Below, one piece after another: positions 47,960-57,324 of a DNA stretch of 64,000 bases (positions are counted from its first letter, which is position 1; each line of letters begins with the position of its first letter). The stretch is from Nannocystales bacterium (GTDB taxonomy: Bacteria > Myxococcota_A > Polyangia > Nannocystales > Nannocystaceae), in the NCBI GenBank assembly GCA_050633305.1, contig JBOEGF010000008.1:414474-478473 (forward strand), given 5' to 3'. The position numbers were made by a program, and so were the translations under genes. Under the pieces are notes generated by a model. That model saw only the letters and a list, made by a program, of their open reading frames with translations. It searched no databases and had not been told where the DNA came from.

Positions 47960-48075
47960 GAATTCGGGATACCAAGCCCGCCTGGCGCCCACCATCGGTA
48001 GGACTACCGACTTTCGCGGCTGGGACGCGCCCTGCGCGGGGAGGCGGTCCGCCACGCCTGCGCTATGGTGCCCCC

Positions 48076-48429
48076 ATGCGCTGCGCCGCGCTCCTCCTCG
48101 TCCTCCTCGGCACGGGCTGCCAAGATCACACCACGGGCGTGCAGACCCTCTGCAACGCCCCGCGTGACTGCCAAGCGTGCCAGGGCGTAGAGCCGGCCGC
48201 GTTCGACAAGACGATGGCCAAGCATATCGACCGGAGCGTCCGTCACGACGAGGCTCGCCTGTTGTTCGAAAAGCTCGCCAAGGTCGACGACAAACAGCGC
48301 GCCAAACTACTGCGGGAGTCCGCCGAAGCGACAGGACTGTCCAGCTGCATCCTGGCGGACCGCTACGAGGCACGCGCCAAGGCTTGGGAAGCCCACCAAA
48401 AAGGCGAGGGGAAAGCCCCGCCCGAGTAA
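48076..48429 (+). CDS. Small hypothetical lipoprotein
   Basis: LGTGC lipobox, four further Cys; TATGGT 6 nt upstream. Confidence 0.7.
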   Translation: MRCAALLLVLLGTGCQDHTTGVQTLCNAPRDCQACQGVEPAAFDKTMAKHIDRSVRHDEARLLFEKLAKVDDKQRAKLLRESAEATGLSSCILADRYEARAKAWEAHQKGEGKAPPE

Positions 48430-48450
48430 CAACACCACGTCCTCTTCGCG

Positions 48451-49872
48451 TCAACGAAGCGACGTCTCGACGATACGCACGTCGGGGTGTCGCACCACGC
48501 CACCGAGCGCCTCGACTCGGCGTTGCTCATCACGCCCTCGGGTCCCCGCCGGCACCACCATCACCCGCGGCGGATCGAGTTCGTCGCGCTTGCGGAGGTG
48601 CGCGTAGGCAGGCGAGCGGAGTTGGAGGTTGTTGTCGATCCGCTCGGAGAGCTTGCCGACCAACTCCGACGAGACGTAGCCCTGGACCTCGATTCGCAGC
48701 AGCAACCCGCGTGGTCGTTTGCGTTTGCCCCCCCGATGCGCCCCGGTCCGCGTCAACCAGGCGAGTTCCGTATCGTCGAACGCCTCGGGCAAGCGAGCAG
48801 AACCGGTGCGCAGCGATGCACCGATGGTCGGGATGCTGAGCGGGTCGGGACCGATCTCCGCAAAGACCAGCGCGGGATCCTCCCGGTGCAGAGCCTGCCG
48901 GATCGACGCCGAGAGCCACGCTCCCGACACCGTGCACCCTTCGAGGCGAACATCGGCCGGGGCTGGCGGGAGCCGCAGCACCCGGGGGCGGGGAAAGTCG
49001 GCCGGACCGTAAGGCATGTCGAACCCGACGACCCGGACGTGCTCGCCGGTCCGCAACCGTAGAAACCCGTGCGGCGAGCTCACGACGAGTTCATAACGCT
49101 GCCCCATCACGGCATCCTCGGGCATCGTCGTCTGACGTTGGTAGACCCGCTGCCCGTCCTCCTCGGGATTGGAATACGACAGCAGCTCGATGAGGCTGGT
49201 GCCGACCGCCAGCGTGACCGAATGGTCGGCGCCGCGGGCCGAGGGCACCGCAAATCGCCCCGGAGCCTCGATCCACCCGGCGCTCCGAATCGGGAGCCGG
49301 GTCCGCCTGGTTCGGCGAAGATCGTGTTCGGCCAAGATGAGGTGAAGGTGCGGCAAACGACGCTCGAGCGGTGCACGGTGAACCGACTCCAGCTCGCAGA
49401 CCGTCAGCACGCTGGGCACCACCAAGAGATCGGGCTCGAACGCCTCGAGCTGTTCGAGCACCGACGCGGCGCTCTCCCATCGGTCGATACGCCGCAACTC
49501 GCCCCCCAGCGAGGTCAGGTCCTCCACGAGAATCTCGTCGACCGCGGTGTCGAAACGACGCCCGCGGAGCAGCGCGACCCGCCGGGGAGGCTTGTCCCCC
49601 AACCACGCCGACCAAATGCCGACCGGAACGTCGCGCTCCCACCCGCCGGGGTTCTCGAAATCGTCGTCTCCGATTCCGAACCCGAAGCGCGCGTTGACCT
49701 CGTCTTGGTGACGGTCGCGGTCACGGATCGGGATGGATGCCCGGAAGTCCTCGAGCGAACCGACGGCATGCAACCCCAGCTCGCGTCCGGGACGCGTGGG
49801 CCCGAGTTGCTCAACCAACAGACGCAAACTCTCGTCGCGTCGGTTGCGCTGGGCGGAGAGGGCGATTCTCAT
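48451..49872 (-). CDS. GH3-like (adenylate-forming superfamily) protein with degenerate catalytic motifs
   Basis: GH3-type N-terminus (T..GRELGL...SLEDFRASIPI), GQRYELVVS..GFLRLRTGEHVRVVGF, C-terminal Y..LR...LDPPRV.VV..GT; SD GGGGAGGA. Confidence 0.65.
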   Translation of the reverse strand: MRIALSAQRNRRDESLRLLVEQLGPTRPGRELGLHAVGSLEDFRASIPIRDRDRHQDEVNARFGFGIGDDDFENPGGWERDVPVGIWSAWLGDKPPRRVALLRGRRFDTAVDEILVEDLTSLGGELRRIDRWESAASVLEQLEAFEPDLLVVPSVLTVCELESVHRAPLERRLPHLHLILAEHDLRRTRRTRLPIRSAGWIEAPGRFAVPSARGADHSVTLAVGTSLIELLSYSNPEEDGQRVYQRQTTMPEDAVMGQRYELVVSSPHGFLRLRTGEHVRVVGFDMPYGPADFPRPRVLRLPPAPADVRLEGCTVSGAWLSASIRQALHREDPALVFAEIGPDPLSIPTIGASLRTGSARLPEAFDDTELAWLTRTGAHRGGKRKRPRGLLLRIEVQGYVSSELVGKLSERIDNNLQLRSPAYAHLRKRDELDPPRVMVVPAGTRGRDEQRRVEALGGVVRHPDVRIVETSLR

Positions 49873-49885
49873 GGGACGTCCTCCC

Positions 49886-50881
49886 CTACGGCTCGGCCAG
49901 CTCGGCTTCGAGTTTGCTCAACACGGCCCGCGCAGCGTCGATACGCCCCTGCAGATCAGGATCACCGTCGTCGTTGGCCGCGCCGCCGGCACCTTCGCAG
50001 AAACGCTTGAGGTGTGCTGCCGCTTGAACCTTGCCGCCCACGTCCAACAGTGCCCGAGCGAGGCCGTAGTGGGCTTCGAAGTTGTCCGGGGCCATCGTCA
50101 ACACCTTCCGGTAGCCATCGATCGCGCCGTCGGTGTCCCCGTCCCGGAGGCAGAGTTCCGCGAGGTTCATCTGCGCCTCGGACTGCATCGGATCGCAACG
50201 CAGGGCCTGCGAGAAGTGACTGCGAGCCTCTTCGTCCACACCCATCTCGGCGAACATGCTCCCCAGGTTGGTCCACGCCGCGGCGAGCTCAGGATCCAGC
50301 TCGAGCGCGGCCTCATAGGCCGTTCGCGCGGCCTCGAACCCGGGCTGGTCGACAGGCGACCCATCCCATTGGGCCTCGAGTTCGCAGCCGAGCAAGAACC
50401 ACCCGTACGCCGTCGTGGGCGCGGGCCGAGCCGACTCGTCCGACACCCACGGCAACTCGTGAACCTCCGCGGCCTCCCGTTGAAGGTTCTCGGTCTCGAA
50501 GTCGAGGACCATCTGTCCGGACTCGGCTTCGTAGTCGCCTTGCACGTGCTCAACGACAAGTTCGTCGCCTTCGCAGCGAATGCGCAGCGAGGCGAGCATG
50601 TGTTTGGCTTCGGGAAGCCGTCGGCCCAGCGCGCCGAGGCTTCGCCGAACCCGGCGCAGCGGCATGCCAGACTCCAGCAATGCCTTGGCGACCTTCAGCT
50701 CGATGAGATCCCGGAAGCTATAGAAGACTCGCCCGCCTCGGCGGACCGACGGCGAGATGAACCCGGACTGCGACCAGTACCGAAGCCGATGCTCCGGAAC
50801 ATCCAACAGCCGCGCGACGTGCCGTACCGAGTAGGCGTCCTCGCGTGCTGTGGCGTCGCCTTGCGTCGTCACCATCTGCAT
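49886..50881 (-). CDS. MerR-type HTH + TPR protein
   Basis: YSVRHVARLL...LRYW...YSFRDL HTH; GQMVLDF linker; AWTNLG, AQMNLA, AHYGLA TPRs. Confidence 0.88.
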   Translation of the reverse strand: MQMVTTQGDATAREDAYSVRHVARLLDVPEHRLRYWSQSGFISPSVRRGGRVFYSFRDLIELKVAKALLESGMPLRRVRRSLGALGRRLPEAKHMLASLRIRCEGDELVVEHVQGDYEAESGQMVLDFETENLQREAAEVHELPWVSDESARPAPTTAYGWFLLGCELEAQWDGSPVDQPGFEAARTAYEAALELDPELAAAWTNLGSMFAEMGVDEEARSHFSQALRCDPMQSEAQMNLAELCLRDGDTDGAIDGYRKVLTMAPDNFEAHYGLARALLDVGGKVQAAAHLKRFCEGAGGAANDDGDPDLQGRIDAARAVLSKLEAELAEP

Positions 50882-50886
50882 GCAGG

Positions 50887-51381
50887 CTACCCGACCTCGA
50901 CACGCGTTGGGGCGGCCACGATGTCCGCATCGATCAACACTTCGGTGCCGTCGACACGAACCTGAGCGTCGACGACGACCTCCCACCGAGATGCGGAGGG
51001 ATCGCCCGCCAACTCGGGCAGGCGAGAACGGATCCTTCGGGCGAGCTTTGGAGCCAACTCCGGATGACCGTCGAGCAGCTCCGCGACGCGGGCGGCGGTC
51101 GCGGCGTCGGCCCGGTCCCGGAAGCGATCTGCAAGCCTGGCCAAGTCGGCAGTGACCATGACTGTGGCGAACACGCGCGAGCCATCACCGCCGGGCACCA
51201 GTTCAGTCCCCCCCTCGACCACGGTCTCCCCCTCCGACAGCAGGACCTCGACCGTGCTGGGTGGGAGGTACTCACGGATTTCGCGGCGAATGAGCGCCAC
51301 CTTTCGTACCCGCGTCCACCGGGGACGGCGCAGGCGCGCTTGCGCCGATTCGATCGGGCTTCGCTCTGTCGATGTAGTCAC
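50887..51381 (-). CDS. Hypothetical protein
   Basis: Co-oriented ORF ending 5 nt before MerR-TPR; GTG 7 nt after TAATGT. Confidence 0.7.
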   Translation of the reverse strand: MTTSTERSPIESAQARLRRPRWTRVRKVALIRREIREYLPPSTVEVLLSEGETVVEGGTELVPGGDGSRVFATVMVTADLARLADRFRDRADAATAARVAELLDGHPELAPKLARRIRSRLPELAGDPSASRWEVVVDAQVRVDGTEVLIDADIVAAPTRVEVG

Positions 51382-51452
51382 GTAACGTACATTATGGAAG
51401 GCAGAGGCCCGACCCGACAACTTTGCGACGAGAACACCTATGCTCCCCCCCG

Positions 51453-52421
51453 ATGGGTGCGCGCAAAGCTCTCTTTGTCCTCGACCCCCCCGAAACGTTC
51501 AGCCCGACCGGCGACAGCACCTACGTGATGGTGACCGAGGCGATCCGGCGTGGGCACGAGCCGTACGGTGCGTTGATGGCGGACCTCAGCCTGCACGGGT
51601 CCGAAGGCCTGGCCAACGCGCGTCCGCTGGGATTTCGCGACGGGGATCCAACGCTTCGGTTCCTCGGTGAGGGCGTCCGACAGCCAATGGCCAACTTCGA
51701 CGTGGTCATCATGCGGAAAGACCCTCCGGTCGACCAAGGGTTCATGACCAGCACATGGATCCTCGACCGCGCGGGGACACTCGTGGTCAACGAGCCCGGT
51801 GGGCTCCGCTCGCTCAACGAGAAGCTCTCCATCTCGGCCTTCTCCGAGCTGACCCCCCGGACCTTCGTTTCCAGAGACGAAAACGAGCTGCGCGAGATTC
51901 TCGCGACGCTCGGTGGACGCATGATCGTCAAGCCAGTCTACGGTTTTGGCGGTCGAGAGATCCTCCTCGCTCGCGAGGATGATGCGAACCTCGGGAGCAT
52001 CCTCGAGATGGCAACCGCCGAGGGCACCCGTTGGACTGTGGCGCAGGAATACGTTCCCGCCGCATCCGAAGGGGACAAGCGCATTCTGTTGGTCGACGGG
52101 GTGTCCATCGGCGCGGTGTTGCGCGTCCCGGCCAAGGGAGAACTCCGCAACAACTTCCACGCAGGGGGTGCTCCTGTCCGGATCGAGCTCGACGACAACG
52201 ACCAAAAAATCTGCGCCGCGGTGGGTCCGATGCTCCGCGAAACAGGCCAGTTCTTCGTCGGCATCGACGTCATCGGCGGCAAGCTGACAGAAATCAACGT
52301 GACGAGCCCGACAGGAATGCAGGAGATCAATCGGCTCGAACAGCGCGATGAAACAACAACGACACAAGCGCTGTTCTGGGACGGAATCGAATCGAAGCTT
52401 GGCGGCGCCGAGAGTTCATGA
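51453..52421 (+). CDS. gshB: Glutathione synthetase
   Basis: DST, MRKDPP, NEK, KPVYGFGG, GDKRILL, FVGIDVIG, EINVTSPTG. Confidence 0.96.
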   Translation: MGARKALFVLDPPETFSPTGDSTYVMVTEAIRRGHEPYGALMADLSLHGSEGLANARPLGFRDGDPTLRFLGEGVRQPMANFDVVIMRKDPPVDQGFMTSTWILDRAGTLVVNEPGGLRSLNEKLSISAFSELTPRTFVSRDENELREILATLGGRMIVKPVYGFGGREILLAREDDANLGSILEMATAEGTRWTVAQEYVPAASEGDKRILLVDGVSIGAVLRVPAKGELRNNFHAGGAPVRIELDDNDQKICAAVGPMLRETGQFFVGIDVIGGKLTEINVTSPTGMQEINRLEQRDETTTTQALFWDGIESKLGGAESS

Positions 52422-53200
52422 AACTATCCCGGCTGGGGATGTCGGATAAGCCAGCCAGTCTTGGGGCCCTCCTTCAAAACGAGATTCCGCGGTTGTACGC
52501 CTTCGCGTACCACATGACCGGAACCCGAGATGACGCGCGGGGACACGTTCGCCAGCTCGTCAAGGCCGTCAAAGTTCGGCACGAGTCGAAGGTTATGAGT
52601 GCCGACAATCCGTCGGACACCATCCTCGGCCTGCTGGCGCAGCAGATGGAAGAATCGCTCGGCCGTCGATCGGAGTTCACCTTCGACGGACTCGACAACG
52701 TCCTGCGCAGCGACATCACCCGGCCGATCGATTTGGCCTCGGGCGTGGGTGGGCTGGGCAACGACCCCACCAAGGTCCACGTGATGCTGTGGGAGCTCAA
52801 GCGAACCTGCCTGACGGCAACGCTGTGCTGTCTCCCCCCGGGGGTCCGTGTTTCCTTCGTTCTCACCGACCTCTTCGGCTACTCCCCTGCCGAGGCGGCG
52901 ACGCTGCTCGACATCAAAGAGAGCGCCTATCGAGTCCGGCTCACCCGGGCTCGCAAACGTGTCGAGGACTACCTCGCGCCGCGGTGCGTGCACGTGGACC
53001 AGCAGAACCCCTGCAACTGCACGGGCCGGCTGATCATCGCAATGGATGCGAACTTTGTGAAGGAGCCACCGCACCACAACGACATCCCGCACGAGGCCCA
53101 CGACGGCGACGGGCCGCGACGAGACATGGGCAGCCTGTACCGCGGGCTACCGCAGGTGAAGCTGACCAGCGACGAGCTCACCGGACTCGTCAACACCTGA
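52418..53200 (+). CDS. ECF-type RNA polymerase sigma factor with Cys/His-rich extension
   Basis: LYAFAYHMTG sigma2 start, sigma4 (LPP..R..FVL...GYS..EAA.LL...AYRVRL.RAR), C-x8-CxC tail. Confidence 0.82.
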   Translation: MKLSRLGMSDKPASLGALLQNEIPRLYAFAYHMTGTRDDARGHVRQLVKAVKVRHESKVMSADNPSDTILGLLAQQMEESLGRRSEFTFDGLDNVLRSDITRPIDLASGVGGLGNDPTKVHVMLWELKRTCLTATLCCLPPGVRVSFVLTDLFGYSPAEAATLLDIKESAYRVRLTRARKRVEDYLAPRCVHVDQQNPCNCTGRLIIAMDANFVKEPPHHNDIPHEAHDGDGPRRDMGSLYRGLPQVKLTSDELTGLVNT

Positions 53201-53222
53201 GCCGACGCCGTCCAAGACAAGG

Positions 53223-53254
53223 AAGCCGCCCGAGTCAACCCGGGCGGCTTTTTT
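53223..53254 (+). terminator. Rho-independent terminator
   Basis: AAGCCGCCCG-N8-CGGGCGGCTT followed by a T tract, between convergent genes. Confidence 0.85.
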
Positions 53255-53278
53255 GGTGGCCGCCAGCTGGCGGATAGC

Positions 53279-54163
53279 CTACTTCGGAGAGACGACCGCC
53301 ACAGGGCACGTGGCCATCGCGGCGAGCTCACTTGCGATGCTGTTGAGCAAGAGGCGCTCAAACATCGAGAGGCGTCGCGAGCCTGAGACCAGGACCGCGG
53401 CACGACGCTCCGTGGTGAAGCGGACGGTCTCGGACACGATACCCCCGAGCACAACGACGCACTCCGCCGACGCGCAGCCGTACTCCGCCGCCCAGGTGGC
53501 GAGTTCCTCCTCGGCCTCTTTGCGGTTGTCGTCACGCATCTTGATGAGCGACGCCTCGGGCAGGTAGTGCGCCGCGTAGTCGTCGGGCGTGGGGACGACG
53601 TGAAGTAGAACCAGCGGGCGCCCCGTTCGTTTGGCCATGTCGGCAGCAAAGCGAGCCGCGACCTCGCAGTCCTCGCGCAAGCTCACCGCAGCGACGATGG
53701 GCCCATCCGCCGAGTCGGTCGCATAGTCCGGCGGCACCACGAACGTGGGACCTGGGAGCGTTCGCAGGATCCGGCGGGCGACCCGGCCCAGGCGAAAGAT
53801 GTCGCGGCCATCCTTCTTCGCCTGACGTCCGATGATGAGCCCGTGGGCGGCATGGTAGGCGTGAGCCGCCGACAAGCTCTCCGCGGGCGTGCTTCCTTGC
53901 AACACGTGCAGCGAGCCCAGGTGCGACGTTGCGCCCTCGATCTCGATCGACTTTTTGGCCACGGTCGTCGCGCCTTCGACCAGCTCGTCGAGGTGGTGGT
54001 ACTTCAACGCGGCGCGCAGGTAGCTCTCCTCGAGCACGTGGATGCCGACCAACGAATCGGTCGCATCACCGGTCTGTGCCAACCATCGTGCGAAACGAAT
54101 CGCACCGGCACCAGAGGGGTGCAGGTCGAGGCCAACGATCCACTTCATCGTCTCGAGGGTCAC
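53279..54163 (-). CDS. Universal stress protein (tandem USP domains)
   Basis: WIVGLD, LGRVARRILR.LP.P..VVP, second domain LNSIASEL...ATCPVAVV. Confidence 0.9.
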   Translation of the reverse strand: MTLETMKWIVGLDLHPSGAGAIRFARWLAQTGDATDSLVGIHVLEESYLRAALKYHHLDELVEGATTVAKKSIEIEGATSHLGSLHVLQGSTPAESLSAAHAYHAAHGLIIGRQAKKDGRDIFRLGRVARRILRTLPGPTFVVPPDYATDSADGPIVAAVSLREDCEVAARFAADMAKRTGRPLVLLHVVPTPDDYAAHYLPEASLIKMRDDNRKEAEEELATWAAEYGCASAECVVVLGGIVSETVRFTTERRAAVLVSGSRRLSMFERLLLNSIASELAAMATCPVAVVSPK

Positions 54164-54175
54164 GTCCGGAGGATA

Positions 54176-55039
54176 TCAAGCGGTCGGGTTGCGAAGGGTC
54201 CCCAGCTCGAACCCTTGCAGCGTGACTTCAATCGTCTGGCCAGGCGCAAGCGCGCTGACCCCCTGTGGCGTCCCGGTATAGAGGACGTCACCGGGTTCGA
54301 GCGTCATGCACGCGCTGATGAACGCAAGAACTGCCGACACATCGAAGACCATGTCGCCCAGCGCAGCGTCCTGCCGCAGCTCGCCGTCGAGCCGGCCCTG
54401 AATCCGGGCATCAGCAGGAAGCGCCTGACCGGGCTCGGTCACCCGGACCCACGGGCCCAAAGGTGCGAACGTGTCGAAGCCCTTCCCTCGTGTCCAGAGC
54501 TTGTCCCCGCGCTGAAGGTCGCGGTTGGAGACGTCATTGCCGAGCGTGTACCCGGCGATGTGGTCCAGGCCGTCTCGCGCTGCGATGTTCCGACCCCGTC
54601 GCCCGATCACCGCGACGAGCTCGGACTCCATGTCCACCCGATCGAACCCGGGCGGGATGATCACCTCAGCACCGCTTCCCACCACGGCAGAGCTGGGCTT
54701 GTGAAACATCAACGGCTCTGTCGGCACGGCGTTGCCCATCTCGGCGGCGTGCGCCCGATAGTTGCGACCGACGCAGAGCACCTTGCCGGGTCGGCACGGC
54801 GCCAGCACACAAGCGTCGGCGACCGTCGCGACCGCGGGCCTCTCCACGACGTTGTCTTGGTCGCTCAGACGCTCCCAAACCGAGCCCTTGTCTTCGGGCC
54901 ACAGCTCGTCGTCGAACGGGTCTCGCACGATGTCGAGCAGGTCCTCGGCCGCCGGCGGACGTCCGTCGGTGATCACCCGCACGGGGTGAGACTTCCGCTC
55001 GTCGCGCATCCGGACCCGGCCCAGCCAACTGGTGCTCAT
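54176..55039 (-). CDS. Fumarylacetoacetate hydrolase family protein
   Basis: CVGRNYRAH, ESELVAVIG, NDVSNRD, GKGFDTFAPLGP, TLEPGDVLYTGTP. Confidence 0.95.
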   Translation of the reverse strand: MSTSWLGRVRMRDERKSHPVRVITDGRPPAAEDLLDIVRDPFDDELWPEDKGSVWERLSDQDNVVERPAVATVADACVLAPCRPGKVLCVGRNYRAHAAEMGNAVPTEPLMFHKPSSAVVGSGAEVIIPPGFDRVDMESELVAVIGRRGRNIAARDGLDHIAGYTLGNDVSNRDLQRGDKLWTRGKGFDTFAPLGPWVRVTEPGQALPADARIQGRLDGELRQDAALGDMVFDVSAVLAFISACMTLEPGDVLYTGTPQGVSALAPGQTIEVTLQGFELGTLRNPTA

Positions 55040-55117
55040 ACGACCGGTGTTCACACATCGCGACAACGAGGTCTACGGGAGGATCTGCAGGTCGGCCGGG
55101 GGTATAGTCCGCCGCAG

Positions 55118-56023
55118 GTGCCCCTGCGCGTTGCCATCGAACTCGTGGATCCGCAGCGACCCGATCGCGCCGCGCAGTCCGCCTTGCGGGCAGCGTTCGA
55201 TGGGTTGGCTCCATCGCGTCCACTCCACGTGCTGAGCTTGGGTTGGAACGCCGGCCCCGGAACGGACATCGCTCCGTGGACACTGGCCGGCATCGAGTCG
55301 GCGGCCAAAGCCGCGTCGTTGAGCATCGAACACGAAACCCTGCCGATGGGACGCGAAGGCGGACCGCGCCGGGAGTCCGGAATCCGCACCACACTTCCAG
55401 GCGCCCGACGCCCGAGGGCCCTGCCCGCGCACTGGTTCGGACGTCACGCATGCCTCGTGGTTCCGTGCGCAGCCCTCGACCCGGGAACGAAGTCGGGTGT
55501 CGGCCCGCTCGCGGCAGCCCTTCGAGCGATCGACGGCCACGTCGGCGGACCCCGGCACCGCGAGAGCCCACGGGTGGCGGCGCGCATGCTCGCCACGGTC
55601 TTCGCGAGCATCACGATCGTGGTCGATGGGGGTTGGTGGGCCGACCTGTCCGCCCAGTCCGGGACGGCGCGCAGCCTGCTTCCGCTGGGCCGAGTCCTCA
55701 CCATGCACGCCGACCATCCGGACCCCGCTTGGGCTCGAACGCTGACGCAAACCTTCGACCCCTGGCTCGCGTATCGCTTGGGCATCAGCCCACGCGGAGC
55801 CGGCCTCGACCACGCCATTCGAGGCATCGGTCCCGGCGGACAAGCTCGATGGCCCCGGGCCAGCGTCACCGCAGCTCGGCCATCGGGTTCGCGCGGCTTG
55901 GCGGGCCGTGCCCTCGAAGCACTTTGGAGGCCACAAGCGCCACGGACCCGTCTCGGACCCGCGGTCCCCGGTGAGCTCGGACGCGTCTGGTCCTCGTGGC
56001 GACGCTTGGGAGGCCGCCCCTGA
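55118..56023 (+). CDS. Hypothetical protein
   Basis: 3' part of track ORF 53843..56023; GTG 9 nt after TATAGT; abuts the next gene. Confidence 0.55.
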   Translation: MPLRVAIELVDPQRPDRAAQSALRAAFDGLAPSRPLHVLSLGWNAGPGTDIAPWTLAGIESAAKAASLSIEHETLPMGREGGPRRESGIRTTLPGARRPRALPAHWFGRHACLVVPCAALDPGTKSGVGPLAAALRAIDGHVGGPRHRESPRVAARMLATVFASITIVVDGGWWADLSAQSGTARSLLPLGRVLTMHADHPDPAWARTLTQTFDPWLAYRLGISPRGAGLDHAIRGIGPGGQARWPRASVTAARPSGSRGLAGRALEALWRPQAPRTRLGPAVPGELGRVWSSWRRLGGRP

Positions 56024-56028
56024 ACGCG

Positions 56029-57018
56029 ATGCTGCGACGCACCCTCTACGGCGTAGCCGCAGGCGTGGTGCTCTACGTCGGGGCGATGATCTACTTCGAT
56101 CTCGGCCCGGTCCAGGAGACGCTCGAGGGCTATCCGTGGTGGGTATTCGGGGCCGCGCTCGGAGCCTCGGCAACCAACTACCTGCTCCGCTTTGCGAAGT
56201 GGGAACTCGCGTTGGGGTGGCTCGAGGTCCGAAAGGATGCCCCCGAGTTCACCCGTGGGCGATCGCTGATGATCTACCTCGCGGGGCTGAGCATGTCGGT
56301 CACCCCGGGCAAGGTTGGCGAGGTGCTTCGCTCCGTGCTCCTGAAGTCGAGCGACGGGGTCGCGTTCAGCCGGACCGCGCCGATCGTCGTCGCCGACCGA
56401 CTCACCGATCTGATCGCCTTGGTCCTGCTGAGCCTGCTCGGTGTCGCCCAGTTCCCGCAGTACCTGCCGATCGTCGCAGTCACCGTCGCGCTGGTCGTGG
56501 CGGGGGTCGTCGTCCTCGGGTCCCCCACCCTGTTGCGACGCTGCCTCGCGCTCGGCCGAAAACTGCCGCTCGTGGGGCGATTCGTCGACAAGGCGGAGGG
56601 CCTCGTTGAGTCCACCACCACGCTGCTGCGCCTGCGCTACCTCCTCGTGCTCAGCATCCTGAGCGTGCTCGGATGGGGGCTCGAGTGCGTCGGCTACTGG
56701 CTCATCGTCGATGGGTTCACGGACGTAGACGCGAGCTTGGCCACCTGCACGTTTCTTTGGTCGGCAGGCACGTTGGTTGGGGCGCTCAGCTTCTTGCCTG
56801 GGGGGCTCGGGGCGACCGAGGGCAGCCTTGTCGTGGCCACCAAGCAGCTCGTGCGCGGGGTGACCCAGCCGGTCGCACTGGCGGCCACGCTGCTCGGGCG
56901 CATCGCGACGCTTTGGTTTGGAGAGATCGTTGGCGGTATTGCCTTGGGGTTGTTCTTGCGCGACCCCGCTCTACGCGCGCGGGCATCGGCCGCAGCTGCG
57001 GAGCAGGACGAGGCCTAG
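56029..57018 (+). CDS. Lysylphosphatidylglycerol synthase TM-region / UPF0104 flippase-like membrane protein
   Basis: NYLLRF.KW, TPGKVGE, DRLTD, PGGLGATE, multiple TMs. Confidence 0.92.
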   Translation: MLRRTLYGVAAGVVLYVGAMIYFDLGPVQETLEGYPWWVFGAALGASATNYLLRFAKWELALGWLEVRKDAPEFTRGRSLMIYLAGLSMSVTPGKVGEVLRSVLLKSSDGVAFSRTAPIVVADRLTDLIALVLLSLLGVAQFPQYLPIVAVTVALVVAGVVVLGSPTLLRRCLALGRKLPLVGRFVDKAEGLVESTTTLLRLRYLLVLSILSVLGWGLECVGYWLIVDGFTDVDASLATCTFLWSAGTLVGALSFLPGGLGATEGSLVVATKQLVRGVTQPVALAATLLGRIATLWFGEIVGGIALGLFLRDPALRARASAAAAEQDEA

Positions 57019-57021
57019 GAC

Positions 57022-57138
57022 CTAGAGGAGCTCGCCGTTGAATTCTTCGCGCATCGAGGGTGCGTATCCGACGAGAGCTGCGAGCGCTGACGTGAGTTTG
57101 GAGAGGACGCTGGCGAAGGGCTTGCTTGGGGTGCTCAT
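57022..57138 (-). CDS. Candidate 38-aa small protein MSTPSKPFASVLSKLTSALAALVGYAPSMREEFNGELL
   Basis: ATG to TAG in an otherwise empty gap, mostly G/C-ending codons, AT-richer upstream region. Confidence 0.45.
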   Translation of the reverse strand: MSTPSKPFASVLSKLTSALAALVGYAPSMREEFNGELL

Positions 57139-57324
57139 GACTTCTGCCGTGGAAGTACCGAGACCCCGCAGATCGATTGCATTTTTCTGAGAAAGGCTTC
57201 GCCGTCGCCTCTGGCAAGCCTTGAAGGACCCTCCATCGGCCCCGAGGGTCCTGGAGAAGCCCCTCGCCCCCCCGGGCAGCGACCGTGCACAGACCTCCGA
57301 TTTGCGGCACTCTGCCTGCGCAGC

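Noticed and set aside
53843..55117. N-terminal part of the 726-aa track ORF
   Set aside because: Antisense to the USP and FAH genes; only the part from GTG 55118 is plausible
55118..56023. Faint resemblance to DUF362 proteins
   Set aside because: Key KPN and KxH motifs absent; cannot be supported without a profile search
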